Positions 11,947 through 24,440 of a DNA stretch of 64,000 bases are shown here, in pieces. Origin of the DNA: Anthoceros angustus (taxonomy: Eukaryota > Plantae > Anthocerotophyta); NCBI GenBank assembly GCA_010909165.1, contig MU008171.1:186001-250000 (forward strand). Direction: 5' to 3'. The notes beneath the pieces are model-generated. The model did no database searches. It was not told the origin of the DNA and saw only the letters and a list, made by a program, of their open reading frames with translations. The stretch's first letter is position 1. Each line of letters opens with the position of its first letter. Made by a program: the position numbers and the translations under genes.

Positions 11947-12520
11947 ACCTCAACCTATGAGCCCTCGAACCAAATTGAGCTGCATCCAATAGTAGCTCCT
12001 AACCTAAGACTCCTCGGATCGTGCCAAAGTCCTCCTGGACTTGCTTCTTCACGCTCATGCATGCTGGCACATTCTCCAGCATGTATCCACAAGGCCTTTC
12101 TTACCCTTTCTGGATCAAGCGTAAGATCCTCATCAAGTCATAGAACAATGTTGTTCGTGGGTCCTTCAGACCCTAACTTTTGCCTGCAGAGGATAATATT
12201 TGACACTCCCAACCTGCGACGACAAGGTCCCCTAGTTGTTCAAGATAGCTCAAATGGGATAACCCTATCATGCGAACATCCATCGGCAGCGCCTTCTGGT
12301 AACCCTTCACTGACTCCCACGTCAGGAGGTTATGGTACTCCCCCATCAAGTCCCTCACACGCTTCTTTGACACAATCTTTGCTTTCGGATCCAGGTCACA
12401 ATGCACGTATCTTCGTACTTTTATGCCACATTTCAGAACTGCTCCAAGCCGGTACTGATGCCTCCAAAGAGTTCCACCAGCAATATTCCATCTGCCTGAG
12501 GTCGCCATGTGATCACCTGG
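11947..12520 (-). pseudogene. Degenerate C5 cytosine DNA methyltransferase fragment of the retrotransposon-borne type
   Basis: One frameshift and three in-frame stops. The conceptual translation is LVELFGGISTGLEAVLKCGIKVRRYVHCDLD (motif I/II)...LVVAGWECQ (IV, catalytic Cys)...GLKDPRTTLFYDLMRIL...YMLENVP (VI)...LDAAQFGSRAHRLR (VIII). It is cut at the CACTA end at 11946. Confidence 0.8.
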
Positions 12521-12525
12521 GGCTA

Positions 12526-13283
12526 GTCCTAAAGTAACACCCCCTTTGGAGCCAGACATACGAGACCCAGAAAGCTGCCTTCGCTTTTGGCGATCCTTTT
12601 GTCCTGGATCGTGAAAAAAACCACATCTATGGCAAATAACGAAAATCGCTTGTGTGCGGGGGCCTACTTAGCTTGCTGTAACTCTAATATCCAAATTTCT
12701 TCATATCTTCCCTCATGCCTTGCTTCAATGCGTTAGGTTGTAAGAAATTCTATACGTTTACCAACAGCCGGCACCTTGTGCGATTATGCCTTAAGGGCCT
12801 TTGCTCAAGGCACGGCCGCAAGCCACATGCTCGCTTCTCCCATGCCATGAAGGAATCTTAATCCCTCTCGACTCTCGGCAAGGAGCCGATCGAGGGTTGA
12901 GCAGCAGCCGGGAGTCAAGAGGCGGCTGGAATCGACACCTACTAGATAACCTAGCCTTCCTTGCAGGTCACTCCCGAGGGTGGAAAGTGAAGGAACGTCG
13001 CATGTTGTCCTTGGATGGAGAGGGTGGAAAGGGCTACATCACCTCTAGAGCAAGCTCCATTGTTTACACAGGGGGTGAGGACCGAGCACTAGCAGATGAT
13101 GCTGTGACAACAACTTCAACCGTAAAGAGGGGGTCTTGGCAACGGAATGGCAATTGAGGGAGAAGAAGTAGGCCAGATGCGGAAGAGCATTATAGGTAGC
13201 CACCAACAGAAGCAAGACTCTACAAAGTCAAATGACATAAATGCACCAAGACTTGGCCACTTCGCGACGCACCTCAAAGGAAG
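12526..13283 (-). mobile_element. Remnant of a small LTR element (left part): PPT plus LTR start; host of the nested stack
   Basis: On minus, AAAGGGGG|TGTTACTTTAGGAC at 12547-12526. The identical 22-mer occurs at 34867-34888. The sequence between these two sites is interrupted by the 13284-34435 insertion. Confidence 0.4.
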
Positions 13284-14495
13284 TGTGGACAATGGACTCC
13301 CCTTGGGGATACGAAATAAGCTGGGTTTGTCTTTTTTTTCGTAGGTATGGAGTGTAAAATAGGGCGGAAAGGGAGGAATAATGGGACTGGGATCTGACCG
13401 TGGCTCCCGGAGTGCACCCTGACCTTGACCGCCACACTGGACCCCGGACCACGACCGGGTATCGATAAGTCCGGACCCCACTCCGGTCGAGAATGGGATA
13501 CGCCCAGAAGGTAACTTAGAATTTGGGGCGGAGTTGACAGAGCAATACCACGTGGATGGCCTCGAATGGAAGACGGCATGTAGGCCAGCGTAGCATTGCC
13601 AAAGGGTGCAGGCGGTATTCACGCTGCTGCATCGGCTGGCAAACAGAAGGCGAGGCGGAAGCGTAAGACGAGAGGCAAGCCATGTGCCTCACGGCCACGG
13701 ACAAGAAAGAGCCGCCCTCCGTGGCGGTTTCTTCCGGAGAGAAGTGAGGCGGAGGTCATTCTTCCAAATAACCGCGAATTTCGATTCTTCTCGCGCCCAG
13801 ACCCGGCTCTGGCGTTGTCTTTTGATCGCCCAGCATCCTTCTGCGTAGTTTGAATTGGCGAGTCAAGCAATCGACACCGCGATCGAGGAGCGAAAGATTG
13901 TGGAGCTTCACGCCTCGGGATGACAGGGAGGAGGATGGGACCCAAGAAGGCGGCGAGGTTTGGGAGCCATGGTGCTTGGTGGAGCGCAACATCGCTACTC
14001 AAGCGCCACCCCCACTTCGGGCCGTGGAGGAGGCGGGAGCTGGTCAAGGAGTGGCACTGACGCTTTTCCGTCTGTTCGACCTTCGGCCTCACGCCCTAGT
14101 CCCGGAGTACGCTGGAAGATGCTGGCAACGGCCAACAAGGAGGTTCGACCAAGAGCCTGCGAGGACTCCTAGGAGGTGGGCCGTGGAGGTCCCGAGGGCG
14201 GTTTACAACCGGTCCAAATGGAGGAAATTCGGGGCGAGTTCTTAACCCCTCAAGGCCGAGGGAAGATAGAGGCGGCAAAGGCCGCCGGCGTCAGCTGTGG
14301 ACGCCCAACAACCAACTACGCTGGTTGATGCTCTGATCCGCTAGATGAGGGTGAGAGCAAAGGCTGTGATCATTGTCCATCGAATATGCTCACCAAGGTA
14401 GATCACCTTGGTGACAATCTAATGGTGTTCCCCGCATGCGCAGGGAAGGAGGGCGATCGAAGGATCATCTTCGCCAGATCAATCAAGAAGCCAGT

Positions 14496-17400
14496 TTCTA
14501 CTAGAAATGGCGCCCATGTTACACTTTATGTTAAGATTTGGACCGGATGTAACACTTATATGTTGCAATTTTGGGGTCATGTAACACTTTTGGGCCTCTT
14601 GTTACACTTTTGGCTTGAAACCAAACTGAGTTTGTTGCAACCATGTTGCAATGGTGTTGCAATTATGTTGAGATGAAGTGAGAGGTGCTTTTGTCCTCTC
14701 TCAAGATTGCAACAAGATTGTAATATATAAAGTGTTACAAGAAAAGTCTTGTAACACTTTTGGAGGCTTGGTACCAAACCTCCTCCCATCTACCTTCCTC
14801 CTTTTACTACTATTACCCTATGGAATACCTAGTTTTACTTAGTAGTTCCCACGATACTGTATGAATACACATACATAAATACATGTATTCAGACCGATAC
14901 ATATGAATATACATAAATTCTACGAATACATTCTTCGTAAAATACACGTATTGTTCATGGTGACATATACTATACGGTAATTTCATGATATACGGTCATA
15001 TTCTATTTTGTATAAAATAAGCATATCGTACACGGATAACGTACATACTTTGTACACGCCCACGATACGCTTACCGCTTTGTCCTTGAGCACTGGTGCCT
15101 TTTGTGCCTACGAGTTTGTGCTACGCGGACCCATGTTTGCTATGCGCCGGCATGGGGTTGTTTGGCTCCAAGTCCTCCCTCCTTCTCTCTCCCCCTAGAC
15201 AACTGCCTCATGTCCACGCGCCTTTTTGCCCTTGCCTTGACCATGGCTGCTGTTGGTTGCTCCACTCCTATCCTCCCTCTGCCACCCGCCTCTTCCACTC
15301 CCTTGCGTTGTTTTCACTGTCCACACTCAACACATGTCTCATTTGCGGTGACAAGACACTTCTTTGTGCTACGACCGGATCCGCCTCCAAACACGTCCCT
15401 CCTACTGCATCGGCCTTGTCACCCTATTCACCCAAGACCGCCTAGCATCGCCTTCTAATGTCACATCACTAGTTACGCATCAAATAAAATTTTGAGGTAG
15501 AAATACAAAGATGGAATGGGTCTTGGCCTCACCTTGCAGCTATACATGTACATGAGACCACCATTCTTCCATCGCCTTCCCTAACTTCACATCATAGTCA
15601 TGACCTTGAAAATTTGAGATAGGAAATAGCATGGAATGGGTCTTCCGACCTTACAACTACTTGCAGTTGTACATGTACACGAGACACCCCGCCATGCTAC
15701 TATCGCCTTGTCTAACATCAAATCACACTAGCTAGTTACGCAACAGCTGAAAATTTGAGAGGAAATCACAGTATTGGAACAAGTCTTGGCCTGACCTTGC
15801 AATGCTCTGCAAGTACAAGATCTGCTTGCAGCTGTACACGTGATCCCGCCCCGCCACCATCCCTTCACCAACGTCGTGTCACACTGGTTACGCATCAGCT
15901 GAAAATTTGAGACTGGAAATCACAGGATGGAACGGGTCTTTACTTGAAATCACAGCATGGAACGGGCCTCCTCCTCTTCCTTTCCTCCTCCTCCTCCTTC
16001 CCATCTCCCTCCTCTTCCTCCCCTCTCCCTCCTCCTCTTGCTCCTCTTCTTCCATCTTCCTCCTCCTCCTTATAATCTCCCCTCCTCCCTTTCGCCTCCT
16101 CCTCCTTCCTCTCGCCTCCTCCTCCTCCCTCCTCCTCCTCCTCCTCTACCTCGATCCCTCTCCCCTTTTCCTCCTTGCCTATCGCCTTGTCTAACATCAA
16201 ATCACACTAGCTAGTTACGCAACATGAAAATTTGAGAGGAAATCACGATTGGAACAAGTCTTGGCGACCTTGCAATGCTCGCAAGTACAAGATCCGCTTG
16301 CCAGACACGTGATCCCGCCCGCCACCATCCCTTCACCAACGTCGTGTCACACTAGTTACGCATCTGAAAATTTGAGACTGGAAATCACGATGGAACGGGC
16401 CTCCTCCTCTTCCTTCCTCTCCTCCTCCTCCTTCCCATCTCCCTCCTCTCCTCCCTCCCCCTCCTCTTGCTCCTCTTCTTCCATCTCCCTCCTCCTCCTT
16501 ATACCTCCCTCCTCCCTTTCGCTCCTCCTCCTCCTCCTCCTCTCGCCTCCTCCCTCTCCTCCTCCTCCTCCTCCTCCTCTACCTCGGATCCCTCTCCTTC
16601 CTCCTTCCTCCTTCCTCCTCTCCTCCTCCTCCTCTCCCCTCCTCCTTGCCTCCGAACGAGAGTGAGCCTCGCACCTAACTTAGACATAGGTAAATAATAT
16701 TATGTTTAGGTTACAAGTATATACAAGTATAAATACATATATATACATACATAAATACGTATTTCAATATATATATATAGGAATATACACAACAAGTGGG
16801 CACAAACCATATATATAGATAGACATATAAATAATCTAGAATCCTACTATACATAATCGGTAAAACAAGAGTTTTCAATTGTGTATGGAGCTTAAAAACA
16901 AAACCGATGTGGACACAAGGGTGCATTGAAGAGGGAAGGTAGATTATAAATGCATAGCTATGCAAAGGAGGCAAAATGGAAAGAGAATGACAACCAGGAG
17001 AGAGATAGAGTTCTTGGTTGTCCATGTAGGAAAAGCAAGAGGGAAGAATAAAATAGTAGCGTGAGAGGGAACACATGTTGCAACACAAAGAGGGAAAAAT
17101 TATAAAATGGGTGTCATCGAGCATTAACTAGGAGTGTGAGGTGAAAGGAGAGACCAAAGGTGTTGTTAAGATGGTGAGAGAAGGTGAGAAGAAAATCACA
17201 AACTTAACACCAAGCCAACAAACTTAATGCTAAGCTCTTAATGGTGAGGTGTAAGGTCAATGAACCACTTGCATGTTGTTAAGATGGTGAGAGAAGGTGG
17301 AGAAGAGTATCACAAACTTAACACCAAGCCAACTAACTTAATGAGTGTTCCAAATGGAAAGTGTTACATGAAATTGTAACAAAGGACTGTGACATAAGCA

Positions 17401-17628
17401 GGTTTGCATAGTATATGTTTGAAATCATAAACAATGCTTGTGTGAGAGAGGGTGTACTTAGGAGGGTGAGGTGATGAGGAAAAGAGTCAGGTTCGTGTTA
17501 AGATGGTGACAAAATGAGAAGGGAATAGTGTCAAACTTAATACCAAGCCTACATAGCTTGTTGCAATTTGAAAGTGTAACATAAAATTGCAACAATGACT
17601 GTAACATGGGCTGCCATTTCTAGTAGGG
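14496..17628. mobile_element. Non-autonomous CACTA/CMC-like TIR element (~3.1 kb) inserted in the solo LTR
   Basis: Inverted ends: ttCTACTAGAAATGGC-GCCCATGTTACA (left) and the reverse complement of the right end, cCCTACTAGAAATGGCAGCCCATGTTACA. Dense tgtaaca/tgttaca/tgcaaca subterminal motifs occur in both orientations at both ends. No transposase was seen inside, and the target duplication is unclear. Confidence 0.75.
15470..16660. repeat. Internal ~140 bp repeated module plus CT-rich microsatellite blocks
   Basis: aaaatttgag...gaaatcac...tggaac recurs at ~15488, 15610, 15750, 15902, 16228 and 16368. Segment 15750-16225 is repeated at 16228-16660. Long (CCT/CTC)n tracts at 15965-16180 and 16400-16640. 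Confidence 0.85.
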
Positions 17629-19049
17629 AAGCTCACAAGCTGAGGCGTGAGAAGCCTCCAACAAGGTCTCCTTAGGACTGGTGACGGCTCCTGGTCACTA
17701 GTTGGAAGGGTGTACACCGGGTCGAAAGGTATACAAAAGCCACCCAAAACCATGTTTTCCCCGATTTCATTAAAAAAAACCCCTAAACCTAGGAGCAAAT
17801 CATAGAGGAATCTGCTTTCCAGATTTGTATGTCCTCATCTCATATTAGTTTGGCTAACCAGCGGGTACATTACCTATAAACGCAGATTTGAAAATCGGGG
17901 CAACTTTGTATGGACAACAAAATGCAAACGCCAGCAATGGAAAATCCATATGTGTTGAGTCGGTGTCCATCATGGTCACCCTCTACATTAGTGGGAGGGT
18001 CGGTGGCACCGGACGCCTGCATAAACCTTGCATCTCCGCCCAATGCTCCGCAGGAGTGGAGGAAGATTTCGGACGCCTACCGCTCATGTATGACCAGCGC
18101 GACCCGTCTGAATCGTTTGGAAGTGGCTTGCCCTCGAATATTTGCATGCGATGGAGACCTCACCTCCGACCGGTGACTAAAACGAGAATTCCACATGGGC
18201 GATGGAAATTGGAAGTTGTTGACTGGTGGCAATCACAACATGGGCGGGTTCCTTTCAAGCACGCTGGAGTGATCCCGACTGCTTCATTGCTTGGTCCTTA
18301 AGGGTTGAGGCGGTGGCGGTGCAAACTCGTGACCTTTGTTGCAGCGTGTTGATCAACACCGGATTCCACTCGGGGTTGGGCGGTGTGAATGGTGTGGAGG
18401 GCAAAGGAGCACACGACATGTGTGTACTTCGTGGTCAAGGATAAAATTGGAGAAAGTCATCTTGCTACATGTGTGTGGGCGGTGTTAGTGCGGCTATCTG
18501 AAAGCGATTGAACATCGTGTTGAGTTGGATTGTCACATGACATCCATTGTCATCAGACATACCGCTTTTATCTCGTGGGTTTACAACATACATTTCCCTA
18601 GCTGGAGATTAGGAGCTTTGACATTGATCCGCTGTCAGACGAATGGACGCCGACGCGCTTCTTTGAAATCGGTCCGTTGTTTAAATCCATACCTTGCCTG
18701 ATGCGTAAAGCAACACGCCCATGATCTCGCTCATCAAATACCCGGCAATCACAACACATTCTCGAATCGTCACCACTCCCATGCTTCCTAGCTATGGCTC
18801 CACCAAAGACTGTGTTCGTTGTCAGGTCCGCCTGTGGACCTTGTCTGATGTGTTTGTTGTGTTCATAGCCGCTTGCATGCACGTTCTACCAGTGCGATAC
18901 CACCTACCGTCCGGTGCTTAAGACCCACACCGGTTCCTCCTACCGTAATCCTCAAACAAACACGTAGCCTATCCACCGTCCGCACGACACACCTCGATCC
19001 GTGGAAGCAAAGTTTTCCAATCCTACATCCCCACCATCCGCCAAGCACA

Positions 19050-19570
19050 CCCGAGGAGGGTGCTCTTCGCCTCCTTCACTTGCGCCCGCATCCCCAAGGA
19101 CCATTGAGTTGTCGCACCGCTTCACCACATGCCATATGACCCTTGGTCTCGGGCTTCCTCGTTGGTCTCGCTCAACGACACATATGAACCCAGCACCATG
19201 TTGTTCACCATGGGCTCCTTATTGAACGTCTTTCCGCCTCCATAGCTGCTCGCCCACCTCCTCCTCCGGCCACCGTCCATGGAATTGATTCAAGGTCCAT
19301 GAATTGAGCGCACTGGATCCACATCAATGTAAATGACATTACGGCATAATCATGCTATCATACCGACCCCGATCCTCGCGACCCCAAAGACCCAATCTCC
19401 TCATCAGATACAATCAACCTCTTCAAGAGTCTTAGGGGCTTCGATAGGGGAAACAACCCGATCATCCGCAGTGTTGTAACACAATTTTAGTTCCACCGCC
19501 GTTTCGCAAACAAAGTTGTCACCCACCGCCAAGTTGCGCTTGTTCGAGCACAAACGGTTGAGGCACACAA
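19050..19570 (-). pseudogene. Possible degenerate SET-domain-like cargo gene
   Basis: Frameshifted pieces fall in SET-like order: FVLEQAQLGGG, KIVLQHCG, VIYIDVDP...GP*INSMDG, GGEE. Motif-level resemblance only. Confidence 0.25.
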
Positions 19571-22500
19571 TCCTTATCCAAGCTCTCGCGCGCAAGTGAA
19601 AAGTCTCGATCGCATACTGCCCCTCCGACAATGTCACACATTGGTTTTATGCCAACATGTCGTCACAAAGACCGCACGCTTCCATCAAGACTTCTCTCAC
19701 CATAGATGTGTCATCCGAGAATGGAAGACCACAATACGAAATACCGGGATGTGGTGATGCCTTTGAACCGCATGATGACCCCTTCAAACTCGCCTTGGTA
19801 AATCTTGTGTCATACTCGTGATTGGGGATCTAGATCCAAGCCTCGGGAGGTCTAACAACAACAAAGCATACGGTCGGGCTCTACAAACCGGGCCATGTTC
19901 ACTATGTTCCCACACAGATCCCGACCTTGCCGGGTTTTTCCTCGCTTGGAGTCGTTCACGATTGTCATCACTTATCCTCGTGTGGTCGATTTCAAGGCAC
20001 GCTATGACTCCTCCATCCGCTTCCAAGCTCGGCCTTGAATATGTGCTCCTTGAAGTTCTCGTGTAGGGCACCCCACTCAAGGCAAGTGCGCCGCACATGA
20101 AAGACACATCCCACCCCAAATGCAAGCGACGCTCACCGCTCGAATGTACTGTGAATGCCTCCACTTCCATGACTTATAAGGACAAGAAGCAAGACAAGAG
20201 AGAAACTCGATAGCTAAGTGTTCATCGAGGACCACTGATTTTTGAAGGCAGGAAGTTACTAATGATTCACCATGCAAGAATCGATATCGCTCGAACCTCT
20301 TCAAATGTCTCACAGCAAATGCTTGGCCAAGGTCACATGGATGAGGTTGAGTTTTTGGCCTTGTCCACCCACACGAACATTTGTTTCAATGTCAATTCTC
20401 CACCAGACTTTCATGCATGCCGCCTTCAAGTTGTTGTTCCACCGCAGACTGCTCGATGCCTGAAACACTTCCATACCCTCACCGTATACTAAGCTCCTTT
20501 GTGTCAATGACCAAGTTTGCTCTAACTGGCCGTTGTCTTCCTTGAATTCCGCGGCCTCGACTTTTGTGAGAGCCCGAGCTGCCCACCGCCAGCAACTGCT
20601 TGCCTCCACTTCTCAAAGATTTCATCCACGTATTTCCACTCATCATCTAACCTTCGCACACAATAATCCAGCCAGAACAGTTGTTTCTCAAGATAGGCTT
20701 GTTCCCGAACCCCATTTTGGCCCCAACCATCCGTAAATGCACATGTCTCATTTCACTGCTTGATTTGCGAACCCACAATGCATGCATCCGAGCCCAAAAG
20801 AAGACCTAATGCCCACCGTCACAAATGACGGACACACCTTTGTACCAAGTGGCCGGGATGCGCACTTATGCTCCAAAGAGTCGGAGTGCACGAACGTCCG
20901 CGACTTATACTCCAAAGAGGTGCAATACACCGGGTTTGGAGAGGGTTGCGTCAATACTTGTGTAGGCAAGCACTTTCGCCTGCTTGCTTGTGCACACTTG
21001 CCACCGCACCAACACTCACATCAATTCTCTTTTCAAACCCGTGATTCGAGCAATCCTGCAGCATACCGTCTGACCGGCCCCTCCGCAGGAGATAAGCCGC
21101 ACTTAGATCCGCAGATTAGGCCTCGCAGAATTGGACAAGGTAAAGGATGGTGAGGCCTCCTCAACCGCTCTTGATCAAACTCTTCGAGCTTACATTTCTT
21201 CTTGTCAAGTCCGCATCGCTTTCAACCTTAATCTATCCATGGGTGGCACATGGAGCAAGTCGATCTTAAATTCAAAATCTCTAAGCTTGGCTATAGTCTG
21301 CCTCTGAACACCTAGCGCCACAGTAGGGCGCTGGGTAGACATGTCCTCCTTCGAGCCTCACCGAAATACTCACCATTTGGTCAAAACCCCAGCCACTCAC
21401 TTTCTTCGACATCACTGGCTCTCACTAGGGCTCGCAGGCTGCAGATGCTCTCTTATACTTGTGTTCGACTACATCCGATGTGCTTTCATTACTCAAGGAC
21501 AAATCATCTATTCTATTTATTTTCTTGCTTCTCCGCAAAACATTGTGAAACATTGTCGCCTTCAAAAGGTTGGCCATTAGAAACCACCATCATACATGTC
21601 GAATTTTGGAAAATGTAGCTCATCTAGAAACCAAGGCCTATGCATCTATACGCATCAAACTCGAATGAGGACATTTGGCGACCAATCAAAGAGATCCAGC
21701 AAGTCATCCAAGGGCACATAGAGTAAGGCCAAAAGGTTTTACATGTTGTATACAAAGCGAATGTGGGAATATAACATCAACCAACAAATGATTTTCAAAA
21801 ATAATATTCATGACTTTACGCCTAGATACCGGATGATTTACAAATTTTTCAAACCACTAAAATCAACACTCCATCCTAGTATTGATACGCCTCTAGGTTG
21901 CTTAACAAGGAGTTGTTACAAAGTTTTCAAAGCGCCAAAAACAAGCAACCATCCTAGTTCTAATCGACCCAAGAGTGCATAAGATTCTAAAGCACCAAAG
22001 TCAAGCACCCCATCCCAGTCGATCCGACCCGGGTGCTTAACCTTGGAGTTCTTATGCCATTGAGTCTATCACCTATCCCAGCGATGTCTAGAAGACAAAC
22101 AATATATATAGATGCGCGGACGTCCGGCGATCCACTCCACCATTTCCATCTCCGGACGCCCACAAGATTGGGGTCTGAAATGCGCCGGACGTCCGCGCAG
22201 TTTCGCCAATGTGCCAACGTCCGCGCATTGCTCCAATTCCTGTTTTCATGTTTTCACTCTAACAATGGAGATCCTGTGGTTGTGTACTCACAATGCACCG
22301 ACGCCCATACTACTTTTAGAGTCGTAGTTTGGTCCTCTCGAGATGGCCATGATCGCTATCGGTTAATGTTCTTCACAATTCCGGACGTCCGGCTGTTTCT
22401 TTTCGCGAATTGCTACTTTTGTTGGTTGCGCCGGACGTCCGCCAGGTTTGGCTTGTCGGACTAATTTTGTTTGGTTTGCCTCACTGCTCACCCCGCTAGG

Positions 22501-22919
22501 AAGTACTATCGCGAAAGAGGTGTTTAGGATTCCTAGCACCGTTAAAAATCCTTGAAATCCCTTCCTTGTGAAGGTGAAATCTGAACCTTCTTCGCTTCAA
22601 CCTTAGCGTAAGTATTCACGAGAAAATAACATGGTCAATGTCTTTCAAGACATGTCTAAAGAGTGGTTTTGCTAAAGATGATGCATTTTGGCCTGGGGTC
22701 ATTTTTGGTCTTTAGGGACCCAAACCCCTTTAATGGAGAACAACCCCATGCTGAGAGATTTACGTCAAGCAGTGTGTCTCAAGTATCCATGAGGCTATGA
22801 TATTTAATGACCTTAGGTCCATGCTTGGTCGCATCCCACTTAGGAACCCCGCCCGGGCATATATCTCCAACTTCCGCCTAAGTCACACTTCACCCATCAC
22901 CTAGCCCGCCTTCATCTCG

Positions 22920-23330
22920 CCTCGATGTACCACACTCCGATGAAAGTAAAAGTCTTCCGGCATCCGCAATGGTGTTGTGATCGGGCAACTAACCTCATCT
23001 CCTCATTTGTGAGGCCAGCAAGAACATATGCATCCATCCACTTGCATTTTGAACCAATGGATACAAGTATTAGTCTAGATCCGCTGGAAGGAATGATTCT
23101 CCCAATACATAAAATTTGTACACCCCGATCCACCTTATCCATGTCAAAGAAGTTCTTGTTGGGACACCGGGCCGGGTCTAATGACAATCATGGGCAGACA
23201 CCACACCACGTGGAATGCTTCATCTTTTGCATCAAAGCCTCCACCCAAGTCTAGCTTACGTACCTTGCCAAACCGACATAGTTCTTCCGGAGGTCTACAA
23301 CGTTGATGGACAGCCTTTAACGTGGACTCC
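22920..23330 (-). pseudogene. Possible degenerate ParB/Srx-like cargo gene
   Basis: DPARCPNKNFFDMDK...YKFYVLG[G]NHS (needs frameshifts)...WMDAYVLAGLTNEEMRLVA...RKTFTFI. This resembles ParB-like TE-associated proteins I recall from bryophytes; unverified. Confidence 0.3.
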
Positions 23331-24159
23331 CATACTCTTCCCGCAATTGCCTCCTCGCAACATCTCTCCGCCTCGCCGCCGTCGCTAGCTCGTCATCCGT
23401 GGCCAAGACATCCTTGGCCTTCTATGAACTTTGGGAGCTCCGCCCCTCTGACATCATGTGCCATCGCCGCGACTTGTTGACCCTCCACCCCGTCCTCCAC
23501 GCCGATCACAAGACTCTCAATCCCTTCCCTCTTTTTCCTCGATTGTCTACCCGAATCGATCGACGGCTTGAACCCTTCGAGTGCCATGGATGACCCAAAT
23601 CCCGGTCCGCTTGCATCCACCGCCCCATCGTCATCTTCCACGTCTTCGCTGCCGGGCTCGGATATGATCCACCCTCGGGCCATCGCCAATGCCATCGCCA
23701 AACCCCTCATTGTCCCGGTCCCCACCCGCATCCTCATCTTCGCCTTCGCTTGCCAGAGAGGTTAGGGTGACATCATCGCAGCGGCCATGGGCTAGGAAAA
23801 ACCCGCTGCGGAGTGTGGCGGACTGTTTGACTTGCACCGGACGTCCGTGGCTGCAACCCCTCTTACCAGAAGCTTTCATTTCGCAAACTAGTCAAACGTG
23901 TCCATGGAATTATATTTTGTGCCACCACCTTTTGTTGCGCTTTCACTGGGCGATCATGCATACTGCATGGCGGTTGCCAACGACCGCCTCGCAGTGATGG
24001 ATTTGCTCGATCCCATTCCGCACTAGGAGTTGCCATTTGATTTCCACTGCGCAGATGCCATGCTAGGGGCCTTCTCGCAACAAGATGCCCTTTCGATGTA
24101 AGCAATGCATCATCCGCACACCTTCTAAACATTGCGCAAAGCCTTGTGGAAGACACGAT

Positions 24160-24440
24160 GTCCATCACCGTGTCGCAATGCCTCCAAAAGTTCTTGCCTT
24201 TTCCGTTGGCACGCAATGTCAAAGTTCTTCACCGCAAAGACCGTATACTCTAATCCATTGCGGGTCCGACGAAGAGGCTCCTTGTGCTTGAGGATCAGAA
24301 TATGACGTACACCGCTCATCCTTCATCGATCGCGAAAACAATCGCTCCCGCACATTTCTTTTGGCTGGTGTGGTTCGCATCCTCCATCGACACATACAAG
24401 AAGAGCAAGTCTTGATTGGCCGTTGCACCGTCCAACTTCT
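24160..24440 (-). pseudogene. Possible degenerate GNAT acetyltransferase-like cargo gene
   Basis: KCAGAIVFAIDEG*AVYVIF...LRRTRNG (motif A-like), followed by LTLRANGKGKNFWRHC (motif B-like, LxA..A..FW). Requires frameshifts. Confidence 0.35.

Noticed and set aside
15907-16697. ORFs rich in Pro/Ser/Leu or Glu/Gly
   Set aside because: They are translations of (CCT/CTC)n microsatellite tracts.
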